NCBI GenBank assembly: GCA_016845445.1
Contig: JAERSU010000257.1
Span: forward strand, 2,873-66,872
From: Oceanospirillaceae bacterium
GTDB lineage: Bacteria; Pseudomonadota; Gammaproteobacteria; Pseudomonadales; Balneatricaceae
DNA length: 64,000 nt
Direction: 5' to 3'
Position 1 is the first letter of the stretch. The number at the start of each line of letters is the position of its first letter. Under the pieces are notes generated by a model that was not told the DNA's origin, made no database searches, and saw only the letters and a list, made by a program, of their open reading frames with translations. Shown piece by piece: positions 40,099-53,212 of this stretch. The position numbers and the translations under genes are program-made.

Positions 40099-41184
40099 TT
40101 AATTATTTAAGCCTTTCGCTAAAGAGTATAGCTGGCAATCAAACATTGTGTGCTCATATTTGGTTAATATCTTTTGCACGGCTGCAGCACTACGTTTACC
40201 AGTTTGGCAATAAAATAAGTAATGCCCATTGGCTTCCGGCACAAAGCTGTCTTCAACATATGGTAGGGGTATGTTTTTCCCACCCATATTGCCATTGGCA
40301 TGTTCGTTAGCATCCCGTACATCGATGAGTTCGTAGCGATGCCTATGTAGCTTGAACTGATCGATTGATAGCAAGTGCTGGGGCCCTAAAGGTTGGCTGG
40401 CATCTTCATAAGCTTGGGCCAAGTCTGCAGAGGTGGCCGCACGATGACAGAGTTGGCAATCGTTTGATTGCGCTAGTCGAATAGTGCGCAAGCTAAAGGG
40501 CCAGCTGGTCACTAGTTGCAGTTCATTGTGTGTTGGCAATTGATAGCCTGTTAAGTATTGCAGCGCCAAGCTTGCTTGCATGGTGCCAAGCATGCCTGGC
40601 ATCACCCCTAATACACCTGCTTGGTTGCAGTCTGGCACACTGTCTAGTTTGGGAAATAGGCAGCGAAAGCAGGAGTGCTGCGGTTGAAACAGGGCAACCT
40701 GGCCTTGCTGACCCAAAACGCTGCTGTAGATCCACGGGGTTTGCCGTGCAAAGCAGGTATCATTGATCAGATAGCGGGCGTAGAAGTTATCACTGCAATC
40801 AATAACCATATCGGCGTCTTTGAGTATGGACTCGGCATTGTCAGCTGTGAGCTTGCTAGCATGGCTAATGACCTTAATGTGGCTGTTGCGTGCTGCTAGA
40901 TGGGATTTGGCCGCCTCGGCTTTATTGGTACCAATATCGCTTTCTGTAAAGAGTATTTGGCGTTGAAGGTTCGACAGACTAACCGTATCGCCATCCACCA
41001 GGGTCAGGGTGCCAATGCCTGCAGCAGCCAAATACAGAGACACGGGGCAGCCTAAACCGCCCATGCCGATAATGGCAACATGGGCTTGGCGACAGCGCGC
41101 TTGTGCTTGAGGGCCAAATGCTGGCAACTGTAGGTGGCGTTGGTAGCGCTCTTGTTCGTGCTCGGAAAACTGAGGGGCATGCAT
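40099..41184 (-). CDS. thiF: ThiF/MoeB adenylyltransferase with C-terminal rhodanese domain
   Basis: RYQRH, GMGGLG, SNLQRQ, CFRC, C-terminal IDVR...YCQTGKRS. Confidence 0.85.
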   Translation of the reverse strand: MHAPQFSEHEQERYQRHLQLPAFGPQAQARCRQAHVAIIGMGGLGCPVSLYLAAAGIGTLTLVDGDTVSLSNLQRQILFTESDIGTNKAEAAKSHLAARNSHIKVISHASKLTADNAESILKDADMVIDCSDNFYARYLINDTCFARQTPWIYSSVLGQQGQVALFQPQHSCFRCLFPKLDSVPDCNQAGVLGVMPGMLGTMQASLALQYLTGYQLPTHNELQLVTSWPFSLRTIRLAQSNDCQLCHRAATSADLAQAYEDASQPLGPQHLLSIDQFKLHRHRYELIDVRDANEHANGNMGGKNIPLPYVEDSFVPEANGHYLFYCQTGKRSAAAVQKILTKYEHTMFDCQLYSLAKGLNN

Positions 41185-42708
41185 TTAGGTGATTCCTGCA
41201 GGTCGGTTGCTGCTGATTAGTTGCTTTAGATGCTGGCTTTCACGTTGCGCATCAGTGGCTTTGGTAATGGCGGTGATGAGGGCTATGCCGCTCACTCCAG
41301 TTTGTGCAATGGCTGTGATATTGCTGCTATCGATCCCAGCTATAGCAACCAGAGGATGATCAGCTAAAGCCTGTCGCCAGTAGTGTAGACCCTCTAAGCC
41401 GTAGGGTACCCAAGGCATTTGTTTGGTACTGGTGGCATAGATGGGGCCACAGGCAAGGTAAGAAGGGTTAATGGCCAGGGCACGAGTGATTTCGAAGTGG
41501 CAATGATTGCTAATGCCCAAGCGTAGGCCTGCCTTGCTGATGGCGTGTAGATCAGCGCTTTGCAGATCTTCTTGACCTAAATGCACACCATAGGCGCCTG
41601 TTTCTATGGCCAGCTGCCAGTAGTCATTAATAAACAACCGACAATGGTACTGTTTGGCTAGGTCCACGGCAGCCTGGATTGCCTTTCTTAAGGGTTCGCC
41701 AGAAAGGTGTTTAATGCGTATTTGTGCGGTGCTGATGCCCGTGGGTAATATCCGCGCGAGCCAATCTACGCTATCAAAAATTGGGTACAGGCCTAGGTCT
41801 TTGGGCTGCGAGTCACCTACGCAACTAGGGAAATCTAGGTTTGCCCAGTGGCTTGCTGGTTCGGCATACACTGGCCAGTGTTGGCTTGGAAACCCTTGTG
41901 GGGCAAGGCAGCCACGCTCGCCATTGATGCTTGACGCCTTGATTAGGCCTTCATGTTGCATCATGTTGGCAATAACCAAGGCATCACGCATCTCATAACC
42001 AATAGCCAACAAGGCAGCGATAGTGCTTGCTAACGCACAACCTGTGCCACGGGTGTGGGGCGTTGCTAAACGTGGTTGAGAGAGGCTAAAGCAATGTTCT
42101 GGGCCATGGATATAATCAGTTACCAGGTCGGCATTGGTCATATGATGCCCACCCTTGAGCAACACCCATTGCGCCTTAGACGGGCACAGTTGGCGGGCCA
42201 ATTGCCACATGTCCTTTTGCTTGCTTGCTAGCAACTGCTGTGCTTCTGGCAAGTTGGGTGTGATCAGCTGACAAAGTGGAAATAGCTCTTTCTTTAACGC
42301 TTTGCTCAACTTGTCGTCTGGATTTGCGTGGCCTTGGCTGGTGGTAGCAAGAACCGGGTCACAGACAATAGGCACTTGGGCATTGCTAAGCAGGCGGGCT
42401 ACCAATTGCACCTGTTCGGCGTTGGCTAGCATACCAATTTTTATGGCTTTGGGGCCTTGTGCAAGGGCGGCCTCAATTTGACTTGCCAGGGCTGCCAGTG
42501 GCACGGCATTAACAGCTAGTAGAGCCTCGTTAGTTTGTGCCGTAGTGGCAGTGATGGCAGTACTGCAATGCACATTAAGTACTGCAGCGCAGCGGCTATC
42601 CATTTGCACACCAGCTAAAGCGGCTGAATCACTGCCGCCAATGGACAGCATGAGGGGCTTGTCTTCCCATTGCGGTGGCAAACAATGGGTGGTGGCGGAA
42701 TATTTCAT
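41185..42708 (-). CDS. thiDE: Fused HMP/HMP-P kinase and thiamine-phosphate synthase (ThiD-ThiE)
   Basis: [29 protein letters not shown] then [19 protein letters not shown]; ATGA overlap with thiG. Confidence 0.9.
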   Translation of the reverse strand: MKYSATTHCLPPQWEDKPLMLSIGGSDSAALAGVQMDSRCAAVLNVHCSTAITATTAQTNEALLAVNAVPLAALASQIEAALAQGPKAIKIGMLANAEQVQLVARLLSNAQVPIVCDPVLATTSQGHANPDDKLSKALKKELFPLCQLITPNLPEAQQLLASKQKDMWQLARQLCPSKAQWVLLKGGHHMTNADLVTDYIHGPEHCFSLSQPRLATPHTRGTGCALASTIAALLAIGYEMRDALVIANMMQHEGLIKASSINGERGCLAPQGFPSQHWPVYAEPASHWANLDFPSCVGDSQPKDLGLYPIFDSVDWLARILPTGISTAQIRIKHLSGEPLRKAIQAAVDLAKQYHCRLFINDYWQLAIETGAYGVHLGQEDLQSADLHAISKAGLRLGISNHCHFEITRALAINPSYLACGPIYATSTKQMPWVPYGLEGLHYWRQALADHPLVAIAGIDSSNITAIAQTGVSGIALITAITKATDAQRESQHLKQLISSNRPAGIT

Positions 42709-43502
42709 GATGACTGCTGGTGCCAAAAGGGTGTGCCAAGGGTTGGCGTACTGGGGGATGCGGTGTCACTGGCAGGCATAATGCCTGCTTGGTAGGCCAA
42801 ACGGCCTGCGTCTACGGCAGCCGCAAAGGCCTTGCCCATGCTAATCGGATCGGGTGACTTGGCCACGGCGGTATTGAGTAGTACCGCGTCATAACCCATT
42901 TCTAGGGCTTGTGCAGCATGGGATGGTGCGCCTATGCCGGCATCAACGATGAGGGTGATGTCTGTTAAACGCTGGCGCAGATTTCTTAAAGCATAGGGAT
43001 TGATAAGGCCTTTGCCCGTGCCAATGGGTGCACCCCATGGCATAAGGATGCGACAGCCTGCTTCGACTAGTTTTTCGCACAGCACTAAATCATCGGTGCA
43101 ATAGGGGAACACTTCAAAGCCCTGGCTTATTAATTCCTTGGTGGCTTCCAGTAAGGCAAAGGGGTCTGGTTGCAGGCTGTATTCGTCACCAATGACTTCC
43201 AGCTTGATCCAGTTGGTGTTAAATAGCTCACGGGCCATGTGTGCCGTGGTAATGGCTTCTTTGGCATTATGGCAGCCGGCGGTATTAGGCAAAATGTTTA
43301 GCTCTAACTCTCGCAGCAACTGCCAAAACTGTTGGCCACCAGCTTGCTCGGCCTGTTGAAATGCCGTTTGCCGGCGGAGGGATACGGTTACCACATCTGC
43401 TTGTGAGGCGCGAATTGCTTCTTGCATGATGTGAGGAGACGGATAGAGGGCCGAACCTATGAGCAGGCGGCTATTGACTGGTTTATCAGCGAGGGTCCAC
43501 AT
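42705..43502 (-). CDS. thiG: Thiazole synthase
   Basis: [37 protein letters not shown]. Confidence 0.97.
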   Translation of the reverse strand: MWTLADKPVNSRLLIGSALYPSPHIMQEAIRASQADVVTVSLRRQTAFQQAEQAGGQQFWQLLRELELNILPNTAGCHNAKEAITTAHMARELFNTNWIKLEVIGDEYSLQPDPFALLEATKELISQGFEVFPYCTDDLVLCEKLVEAGCRILMPWGAPIGTGKGLINPYALRNLRQRLTDITLIVDAGIGAPSHAAQALEMGYDAVLLNTAVAKSPDPISMGKAFAAAVDAGRLAYQAGIMPASDTASPSTPTLGTPFWHQQSS

Positions 43503-43503
43503 A

Positions 43504-43704
43504 TCAGCCTCCTTGCATGGGCACTAGCAGCTCAATCTGGTCACCTGCTTGAATAGGCGTTTCGGCATACAGGCCTTGGGCAACAAAAGCGCCGTTTACG
43601 GCAATGGCATACTGTTCTGGTAAATTTGGTTGCTGTTGTAGCAACTGGGCTAGGTTGTCGGTCTGGGGTGTGTCTAGTGTTTCACCGTTTAGAATGATGT
43701 GCAT
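43504..43704 (-). CDS. thiS: Sulfur carrier protein ThiS
   Basis: 66 aa ubiquitin-like fold, AVNG, C-terminal GG. Confidence 0.95.
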   Translation of the reverse strand: MHIILNGETLDTPQTDNLAQLLQQQPNLPEQYAIAVNGAFVAQGLYAETPIQAGDQIELLVPMQGG

Positions 43705-43723
43705 GGTTTACTCTGCTGTTGGG

Positions 43724-46640
<2,917 letters not shown>

Positions 46641-46722
46641 TTACTCCTGGGTAGAACGTACATGCGACCTGACGGTGACCGGACTAGCCCAATACCAAGG
46701 GTGGGCGTAGCGGTGTGAGCAG

Positions 46723-46817
46723 CTTGTTTCCTACGCAGGTACTAACCTGTTCAGGTGCAGCGGGTTTGAAAACTTCATCTCAGCCAGTAATCTAACGAAT
46801 ACCGGCACCCCGACAAG
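46723..46817 (-). promoter_or_regulatory. TPP riboswitch
   Basis: Minus strand CTTGT-CGGGGTGC...GCTGAGA...AACCC..CACCTGAACAGGTTAGTACCTGCGTAGGAA-ACAAG upstream of thiC. Confidence 0.95.
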
Positions 46818-47011
46818 GCGCGCAAATGTGTTTGGTTGACTTAGTTTGCTAATCAACGGCGACTAGTATAGCCACAATATAGGATAAGTTTTAGTGCCAG
46901 CTTAGATTTCTTTTTGCATTTTCTGGCGCCAAGGGGTTATAAGCAATGTCGCAAATTAAGCCTACTTTTTAGCCAATGCTTGGCTATAATCTGACCTGAT
47001 AAATAACCGCG

Positions 47012-47626
47012 ATGGGTTTTATGTTAGCTAATATCATTACAGGGTTTGTGGCTAGTTTGGCGCTAATTGTTGCTATTGGGGCGCAAAATGCGTTCATCTT
47101 GCGACAAGGGCTGCGCCGTGAGCATGTCTTTCATCTGGTGGCCTTCTGTTCCATCGTTGATGCTGCTCTGATCTTGGCAGGTGTGGCAGGGTTAGGCGCC
47201 ATTATTGAAGCCCAGCCTATCGCTTTGGATATTATTCGTTATGGCGGTGCGGCTTTTTTGGCCTACCATGGCGTTGATGCTGTTAGGCGTATGGCCAGAT
47301 CCGAACAGATGCTGGTTGAAACTGGCAAAGGCATTAGCCTGAAAAAAGCCCTGCTTACGGTGGTAGGGTTTACCCTCTTAAACCCCCATGTGTATTTGGA
47401 CACGGTCATCTTGTTAGGCGCCCTGGCTAATCAGGTGGGCGAGATGCGTTGGTATTTCGCAGGTGGGGCGGTACTAGCCAGTTTTGTTTGGTTTATTGGC
47501 CTTGGTTATGGGGCACGCTTGCTAACCCCAGTATTTGCTAAGCCTAGGGCCTGGCAAATACTGGATGGTTTTATTGCCTTGGTAATGTTTAGCTTGGCTG
47601 CTTTCTTGCTGATGACTGAATTTTAA
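47012..47626 (+). CDS. LysE/ArgO family amino acid exporter
   Basis: AIGAQNAFILRQGL, LLNPHVYLDTV, GYGARLL. Confidence 0.92.
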   Translation: MGFMLANIITGFVASLALIVAIGAQNAFILRQGLRREHVFHLVAFCSIVDAALILAGVAGLGAIIEAQPIALDIIRYGGAAFLAYHGVDAVRRMARSEQMLVETGKGISLKKALLTVVGFTLLNPHVYLDTVILLGALANQVGEMRWYFAGGAVLASFVWFIGLGYGARLLTPVFAKPRAWQILDGFIALVMFSLAAFLLMTEF

Positions 47627-47659
47627 TCGCCAGCGTGGCGATACCCTAACGCTACGGCC

Positions 47660-48463
47660 TTAAGCACCGCTTAGCCACTTCTGTGGGCTATGCCAGCAGG
47701 GCCGAAAATAGGCAATGATGCGGCCCTGTTGATGACCATCTTCTAAATCTTCAGGCCAATGGCCCATGCCATGAATAATATGACGGTGCAGCACATAGGC
47801 CTCGCCTTTTGCTAGGTGCAGAGCTTGAGGTTGTGTGTCGTGAAGAATTTGGTGGCGTAAGGTTTGGTAGGCATAGGTAAGATCAACCTCTTGCCACTGG
47901 TTTGGCGGCATTCCTTCGAGCGTATTAATTAGCCATTGCTGGATGCGCTGGTGAGAACCAGGCCAGACCATGATCGGTGCCGCTGCGGGCGGGTGCTCGG
48001 TGAGGCTAATCCCCAAGATAAAGCTGTGTTGCTCGGTGAGGTGGCGTCGGCGCTGTGTTCCTAGTGGGACTAGGCCATCAAGATGAGCGGCAAAATGCTC
48101 CTGCCGAAAGCGGTTTGCCGCCGTCGATTGTTGTGGGTCTATTTGCGGATAGCTTGGGAATATAGCTGAAATTTGGCCTTGATCTAATGGCTTAATTGGT
48201 GATTCGCAGTAGTTTGCTAGGCTTGTTAATAGAGACTTTGGCAGGCTTGGATTATTGGCAACGGCACCTAGCTTGTCGTTGTCTAGGGCATTGACGCCAG
48301 CAAACCAAGTATCTTGATAGCGCCACCATTGCAGGTTTTGTGTTGCTTGCATGCAGGCTTGTGCTGCAGGTAAATGCGCCTGACTCCAGTTTAATAGGGC
48401 TGCATTGGCGGCTAATCGGTGCCAGCCTTGGTTGGCCATATCAGACAGGAAACGCTGATGCAT
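47660..48463 (-). CDS. Hypothetical protein, possible 2OG-Fe(II)/PhyH-like dioxygenase
   Basis: AAHLDGL (HxD), VWPGSH, LHRHIIHG; start likely MHQRF at 48463. Confidence 0.55.
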   Translation of the reverse strand: MHQRFLSDMANQGWHRLAANAALLNWSQAHLPAAQACMQATQNLQWWRYQDTWFAGVNALDNDKLGAVANNPSLPKSLLTSLANYCESPIKPLDQGQISAIFPSYPQIDPQQSTAANRFRQEHFAAHLDGLVPLGTQRRRHLTEQHSFILGISLTEHPPAAAPIMVWPGSHQRIQQWLINTLEGMPPNQWQEVDLTYAYQTLRHQILHDTQPQALHLAKGEAYVLHRHIIHGMGHWPEDLEDGHQQGRIIAYFRPCWHSPQKWLSGA

Positions 48464-48468
48464 TGGTG

Positions 48469-49332
48469 CTACCTGGTTGTTTGGGTGGCGCGCAGGTTGA
48501 TGAGCAGGCCGGAGATAATCAAGGCTGCAGCGAGTATCTTCCACACTGGCATGGCTTCATTCAATACTAGGCTTGATGCCCACATGCCGAATACGGGCAC
48601 CATCAAGGCCCAGGGGGTGACTAGGGATGCAGCATGGCGGTGCAATAACCAGTTCCATAGCCCATAGCCGATGAGGGTGTTGCCAAGGGTTTGCCATAGC
48701 AACACAGACCAGCTAACTATGCCTGCATTGGTGATGCTAGCCTGCATGAGTGCGGGCCCTTCCAAATACCAGGACATGGCTAATAAGGGCGGTACCGCAA
48801 ATAATGAAGACCAGGCCAAAAAGGCAATGATGGATACCTTGCCAATGCGTTTAACGATGAGATTGCCGGCGGCCCAACTACAAGCAGCAATCAAAATCAC
48901 ACCCAGCCCGACCAAGCTAGCATCGCCACCTCGGTTTAAGGCGATCACACCAATGCCCAACATGGACACGATGAGAGCGAGCACTTGCAATGGCTTGATG
49001 CGCTCATTTAGCAATAACAGGGCTAAGACGATGGTTATCATGGCCTGCACCTGGATGATCAAGGATGCTAAGCCAGGTGATAGGTGATCTTGCATGACCC
49101 AAAATAAGAGTCCAAATTGGCCAAAACCAATAAAGAATCCATAGCCAGCCAAGGCCAGCCAGCTGACCTGCGGCCGAGGTAGGATAAAAATAAGTGGCAC
49201 GGCAGCTAACAGAAAACGCAGACAGGCAAACAGGAAGGGCGGTAGTTCCTCTAAGCCGAATTCAATAAAGACAAAGTTGGTGCCCCAGATAAAGGCCACC
49301 AGCAGAGCCAAAAGTTGGTGATGTATTGGCAT
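48469..49332 (-). CDS. EamA family exporter (O-acetylserine/cysteine exporter-like)
   Basis: WGTNFV, LPPFLFACLRF, GQFGLLF, GYGLWNWLL, LMVPVFG. Confidence 0.88.
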   Translation of the reverse strand: MPIHHQLLALLVAFIWGTNFVFIEFGLEELPPFLFACLRFLLAAVPLIFILPRPQVSWLALAGYGFFIGFGQFGLLFWVMQDHLSPGLASLIIQVQAMITIVLALLLLNERIKPLQVLALIVSMLGIGVIALNRGGDASLVGLGVILIAACSWAAGNLIVKRIGKVSIIAFLAWSSLFAVPPLLAMSWYLEGPALMQASITNAGIVSWSVLLWQTLGNTLIGYGLWNWLLHRHAASLVTPWALMVPVFGMWASSLVLNEAMPVWKILAAALIISGLLINLRATQTTR

Positions 49333-49340
49333 AGATAGCC

Positions 49341-49703
49341 TTAGGTACGACGACGGATTCCTGTGCCTACTTTACCTAAAACGACGGGTCCGTCATAGAT
49401 CGGAGCGAGTTTCTTTTTCGCCATGCTGCGATTGGGTTCGCCACGATAGAGTTCTTTGCGCTTGGCGTCGATGCGTGCCTTCTCTTTACGGGCTTCTTCG
49501 GCTTCCAATTCGGCACGGCGAGCTTTCTTGCGCTGTAGTTCATCGGCCGCATCAGTGAGCTTTCCTTCCAAAGCCGCGGCCTTTTCAGCCGTCGATTCGG
49601 TTTTGTTGTGCAGATCTTCGGCTAATGCCTGCATGTCTTTGGCCGATATGGTGCTGGCGGGGAGCTTTAAGTGCATCCCCTGGTTGACGACTTCTGGAAA
49701 CAT
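49341..49703 (-). CDS. Hypothetical charged coiled-coil protein, possibly a frameshifted remnant
   Basis: 120-aa ORF filling the gap between cysG and eamA; no recognised motif. Confidence 0.4.
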   Translation of the reverse strand: MFPEVVNQGMHLKLPASTISAKDMQALAEDLHNKTESTAEKAAALEGKLTDAADELQRKKARRAELEAEEARKEKARIDAKRKELYRGEPNRSMAKKKLAPIYDGPVVLGKVGTGIRRRT

Positions 49704-49819
49704 GTTGGCGCCGATTCACATGCGGAGACAAGTTTGTCAATTTCGTTGTCTATATCTTTTGCCATATTCAGGTTCCAGTGTCGCCAGCATTATGACTATT
49801 GTCTCGTCCCTGAAAAAAA

Positions 49820-51217
49820 TTAGGCTTCGCGTTCCGATGCAAACCAGGCTAGTTTGTCGTGTAAATTGACGACCCGGCCAACAATAAACAAGGACGGTGA
49901 CATGACCGTCTCTTGCGTCATGGTAGTCGGCATATTGGTCAGGTCCGAGGTGATAACACGCTGATCCTGAGTGGTGCCTTTTTCTACCAATGCTGCTGGC
50001 ATATTGGGGTCCATACCGTGGGCCATGAGTTGTTCACAGATAATCGGTAAACCCTTTAATCCCATGTAGAATACCAGAGTTTGGTTCTCTACTGCCAGTG
50101 CTGGCCATTCTAACGCAATGCTTCCGTCCTTTAGTTGACCTGTAACAAAGCGCACCGATTGCGCATAATCACGATGGGTTAAAGGAATGCCGCCATAGGC
50201 GGAGCAACCACTGGCTGCAGTAATGCCCGGCACAACTTGGAATGGCACTTGATGGGCTGCCAGCTTTTCTATTTCTTCGCCACCACGGCCAAAGATAAAT
50301 GGATCGCCGCCTTTGAGGCGAGCCACCCGCTTACCCAATAGGGCATGATCGACCAATAATTGGTTGATACCGTCTTGGGGCACACTGTGATTAGCGCGGC
50401 GTTTGCCCACGTAAATACGTTCAGCTCGGTCGGGCACCAGGTCCATGACTTCAGCCGAGACCAGGGCGTCATACAGCACCACATCAGCTTGTTGCAGTAG
50501 CCTAAAGGCACGCAGGGTGAGTAAATCCGGGTCGCCTGGTCCGGCACCTATGAGGTAAACCTCACCATTACTTTTATGCTTATCGGCATTGAGCAGGGAT
50601 TTCTTAAGCAGACCCTCGGCCACGTCATGCTGACCAGAAAATAGGGCTTCAGCGACTGAGCCTTGTAATACGGATTCCCAGAAGGCCACGCGATCCGATT
50701 CTTTTGGCAGGGCTTGTTTTACTTCATCACGGTAGCGGCCCACAAGGGCTGCTAATGCGCCATAATGTTTGGGCACAAACTGATCTAGCTGTTGGCGCAG
50801 CAGTCGAGATAGCACCGGTGACGCCCCGCCGTTGTTGATAGCTATGGTTAATGGAGTGCGATCTACTGTGGCGCCAAATATTACGTTGCCGGCACTCGGG
50901 TCATCAGCCACATTGACCATCAGGTCCAAGGCTTTGGCTTGCTCAGCAATGGCGGCATTAATGTCACTATTGTCAGTCAAGGCCAGCACCAGTTGGTAAC
51001 GCTTGGAGATGACTTCTGGGTTGAATGCCTGTTGTTGCACAGCACCGCCGTTATCGTCAATAAGCGCTGCCAGTTCGGCTTGGCAGTCTGGGGCCACCAC
51101 ATCACAGGTGACCTGGGCGTGAATGAGCGCCTTAGCACGACGTAAGGCCACCCGCCCACCGCCAATGATGAGGGCACGCAGGTGTTCGCTGTTATGAAAT
51201 AAGGGAAGATAAGCCAT
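49820..51217 (-). CDS. cysG: Siroheme synthase
   Basis: GGGRVA dehydrogenase N-domain, GAGPGDPDLLT, RLKGGDPFIFGRGGEE. Confidence 0.95.
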   Translation of the reverse strand: MAYLPLFHNSEHLRALIIGGGRVALRRAKALIHAQVTCDVVAPDCQAELAALIDDNGGAVQQQAFNPEVISKRYQLVLALTDNSDINAAIAEQAKALDLMVNVADDPSAGNVIFGATVDRTPLTIAINNGGASPVLSRLLRQQLDQFVPKHYGALAALVGRYRDEVKQALPKESDRVAFWESVLQGSVAEALFSGQHDVAEGLLKKSLLNADKHKSNGEVYLIGAGPGDPDLLTLRAFRLLQQADVVLYDALVSAEVMDLVPDRAERIYVGKRRANHSVPQDGINQLLVDHALLGKRVARLKGGDPFIFGRGGEEIEKLAAHQVPFQVVPGITAASGCSAYGGIPLTHRDYAQSVRFVTGQLKDGSIALEWPALAVENQTLVFYMGLKGLPIICEQLMAHGMDPNMPAALVEKGTTQDQRVITSDLTNMPTTMTQETVMSPSLFIVGRVVNLHDKLAWFASEREA

Positions 51218-51231
51218 GGCGTAATGCTATC

Positions 51232-52281
51232 CTAAGTGAGGCTCTGCAACCACTGATTGCAGCGCTGTAAATGAGATTGGTTAGTTATATCGATATTGCC
51301 CATGCGTAGCAGGCTCGTTTGTCCATCGATATCTACGGGGCGTGTGAGAATGCCTTGCATGGCGGCTTTTTGGTGCACTTCTTGGGCTAGCTCGGCAGGC
51401 ATGGTAAAACTCCTAAATAACGCTGTATCGGCTTGTATGCGGGCACCTAAAGCGTGCAGAACTGGCTGCCAGATTTGCCGTTGCTGGGCCTGCTGGTTAG
51501 CTAACTGCGCGCGCATTTGCTGTTGCCATTGGCGGTCGTTAAAGGCTGCCGTGGACACCGCCTGAGCCGGCCCATTGACGCGCCAAATGCCCATCTGGTT
51601 AGCTAGGTATTCGAGTATAGTCGGCATGGCAATAAGCGCCCCTAAGCGAATACCTGCAAGGCCAAAGAACTTGCCAAAGGAACGAATGACTAGGACATTA
51701 CTAGGCATGTTTGGTGTAATGCAGCTTTGCTCTGGCTGGCAATCTATAAAGGCCTCGTCAACGACCACAAAGCCTTGTTTACTAGCCAGCTGAGCGGCCC
51801 AGGCGTAGATTTGTTCAACACTATAGCGGATGCCGGTAGGGTTGTTGGGATTGATGACTAGCAGATGGCCAATGTCCTGTTCAGCAAGCCCTTTGGTGAT
51901 TGCCTCACTGTCATCAATTAGACCATTGTAATCAACCACTTGCGTATGGCCTTGCCAGGCATGGCGGTGTTCCTGATAGCCAATATCAGGAATGAGAACA
52001 GCTTGGCGATTGCCAAGCTCACCGAGTGCTTGGGGCAAGCATTCCAGGATTGGTTGGCTGCCTGCGGTGAGCAATATATTGCGGCTTTGGTAATAAGCGA
52101 AAGCCGCAGCAATAAACTGCTCATCAGGGTAGGGCAGGCGTTGCCAGACATGTGCCGATAACTCAGGGATGGGATAGCTGTGCACATTGATGCCCGTTGA
52201 CACGTCAATCCAGTCATCTACCGGGCGGCCATACATGTGTGCGGCGCGAGCAATGTTGCCACCGTGTACTAGTACTGTCAT
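51232..52281 (-). CDS. cobC: Threonine-phosphate decarboxylase (CobC in Pseudomonas nomenclature)
   Basis: HGGN, DVSTGIN, NPNNPTG, VDEAF, RSFGKFFGLAGIRLG; ATGA overlap with the upstream gene. Confidence 0.85.
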   Translation of the reverse strand: MTVLVHGGNIARAAHMYGRPVDDWIDVSTGINVHSYPIPELSAHVWQRLPYPDEQFIAAAFAYYQSRNILLTAGSQPILECLPQALGELGNRQAVLIPDIGYQEHRHAWQGHTQVVDYNGLIDDSEAITKGLAEQDIGHLLVINPNNPTGIRYSVEQIYAWAAQLASKQGFVVVDEAFIDCQPEQSCITPNMPSNVLVIRSFGKFFGLAGIRLGALIAMPTILEYLANQMGIWRVNGPAQAVSTAAFNDRQWQQQMRAQLANQQAQQRQIWQPVLHALGARIQADTALFRSFTMPAELAQEVHQKAAMQGILTRPVDIDGQTSLLRMGNIDITNQSHLQRCNQWLQSLT

Positions 52282-53210
52282 TGCCATACTCCTAGCCAAG
52301 CCAATAAACCTATGCTCAATAGCCACATCAGCAGACTCTTGTGCACCAGCTGGCAAGCTTGGCTAATGCTCTCAGCATCCGCCAGCGGGCCTTCACCAAG
52401 CTGGGGGCGTGCTTGCATGGTGCCATGATAGGGGGCATCACCACCGAGGCTGATATGCAAAGCACCGGCACCGGCTGCCATAACGGGGCCGGCGTTGGGG
52501 CTTTTCCAGTTACCAGCCTGTCTGCGCCAACTACGCCAAGCAACGGTGGATTTGCCACCCAGGGTATAGCTTAGGGCAGTGAGGCGAGCCGGTATCAGAT
52601 TCAGCACATCATCCATGCGCGCGGCACACCAGCCAAAAGCAATAAAGCGTGGGTTTTTATAGCCCCACATGGCATCCAGTGTATTGCAAAGGCGATATAA
52701 CACGACGCCGGGTATACCGGCTATCAGGAACCAAAAGATAGCGCCAAACACCGCATCGGCACCATTTTCCAAAACCGATTCCGTCGCTGCTGAGGCAATT
52801 TGAGATTCGTTGAGCTGGTTGGTGTCGCGGCTAACAATATAGCTTAATGCCTGGCGCGCAGCAGGCAGGTTACCCTGCTTAAGTGGTCGATAAATACGCT
52901 GGGCATGGTCCATGAGGCTTTGCCAGCCAATGGCAACATACAAAATCAAGGCGCTTACTAGCAAGGATAACCAGGCATTATTTTGCAAGTTAAGCTCTAA
53001 GGCCACTGCTAATGCTGTTAGGGGTAGCACTGCTAAGGTCCAGGCGATGATGCCGGCTAGTTTGTTATACATGCTGGCATTATGACTATTTAACATGGCT
53101 TCCAGTCGATAGGCTAGATTGCCAAAACCAACCAATGGGTGCCAATGTTTGCTTTCCCCCAGGCGCCAGTCTAGCAACAGGGCTAAGACACTGCTCATTA
53201 ATACACTCAT
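52278..53210 (-). CDS. cbiB: Adenosylcobinamide-phosphate synthase CobD/CbiB
   Basis: IVSRDT, ESVLEN, NTLDAMWGY, SPNAG. Confidence 0.95.
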   Translation of the reverse strand: MSVLMSSVLALLLDWRLGESKHWHPLVGFGNLAYRLEAMLNSHNASMYNKLAGIIAWTLAVLPLTALAVALELNLQNNAWLSLLVSALILYVAIGWQSLMDHAQRIYRPLKQGNLPAARQALSYIVSRDTNQLNESQIASAATESVLENGADAVFGAIFWFLIAGIPGVVLYRLCNTLDAMWGYKNPRFIAFGWCAARMDDVLNLIPARLTALSYTLGGKSTVAWRSWRRQAGNWKSPNAGPVMAAGAGALHISLGGDAPYHGTMQARPQLGEGPLADAESISQACQLVHKSLLMWLLSIGLLAWLGVWQ

Positions 53211-53212
53211 GA

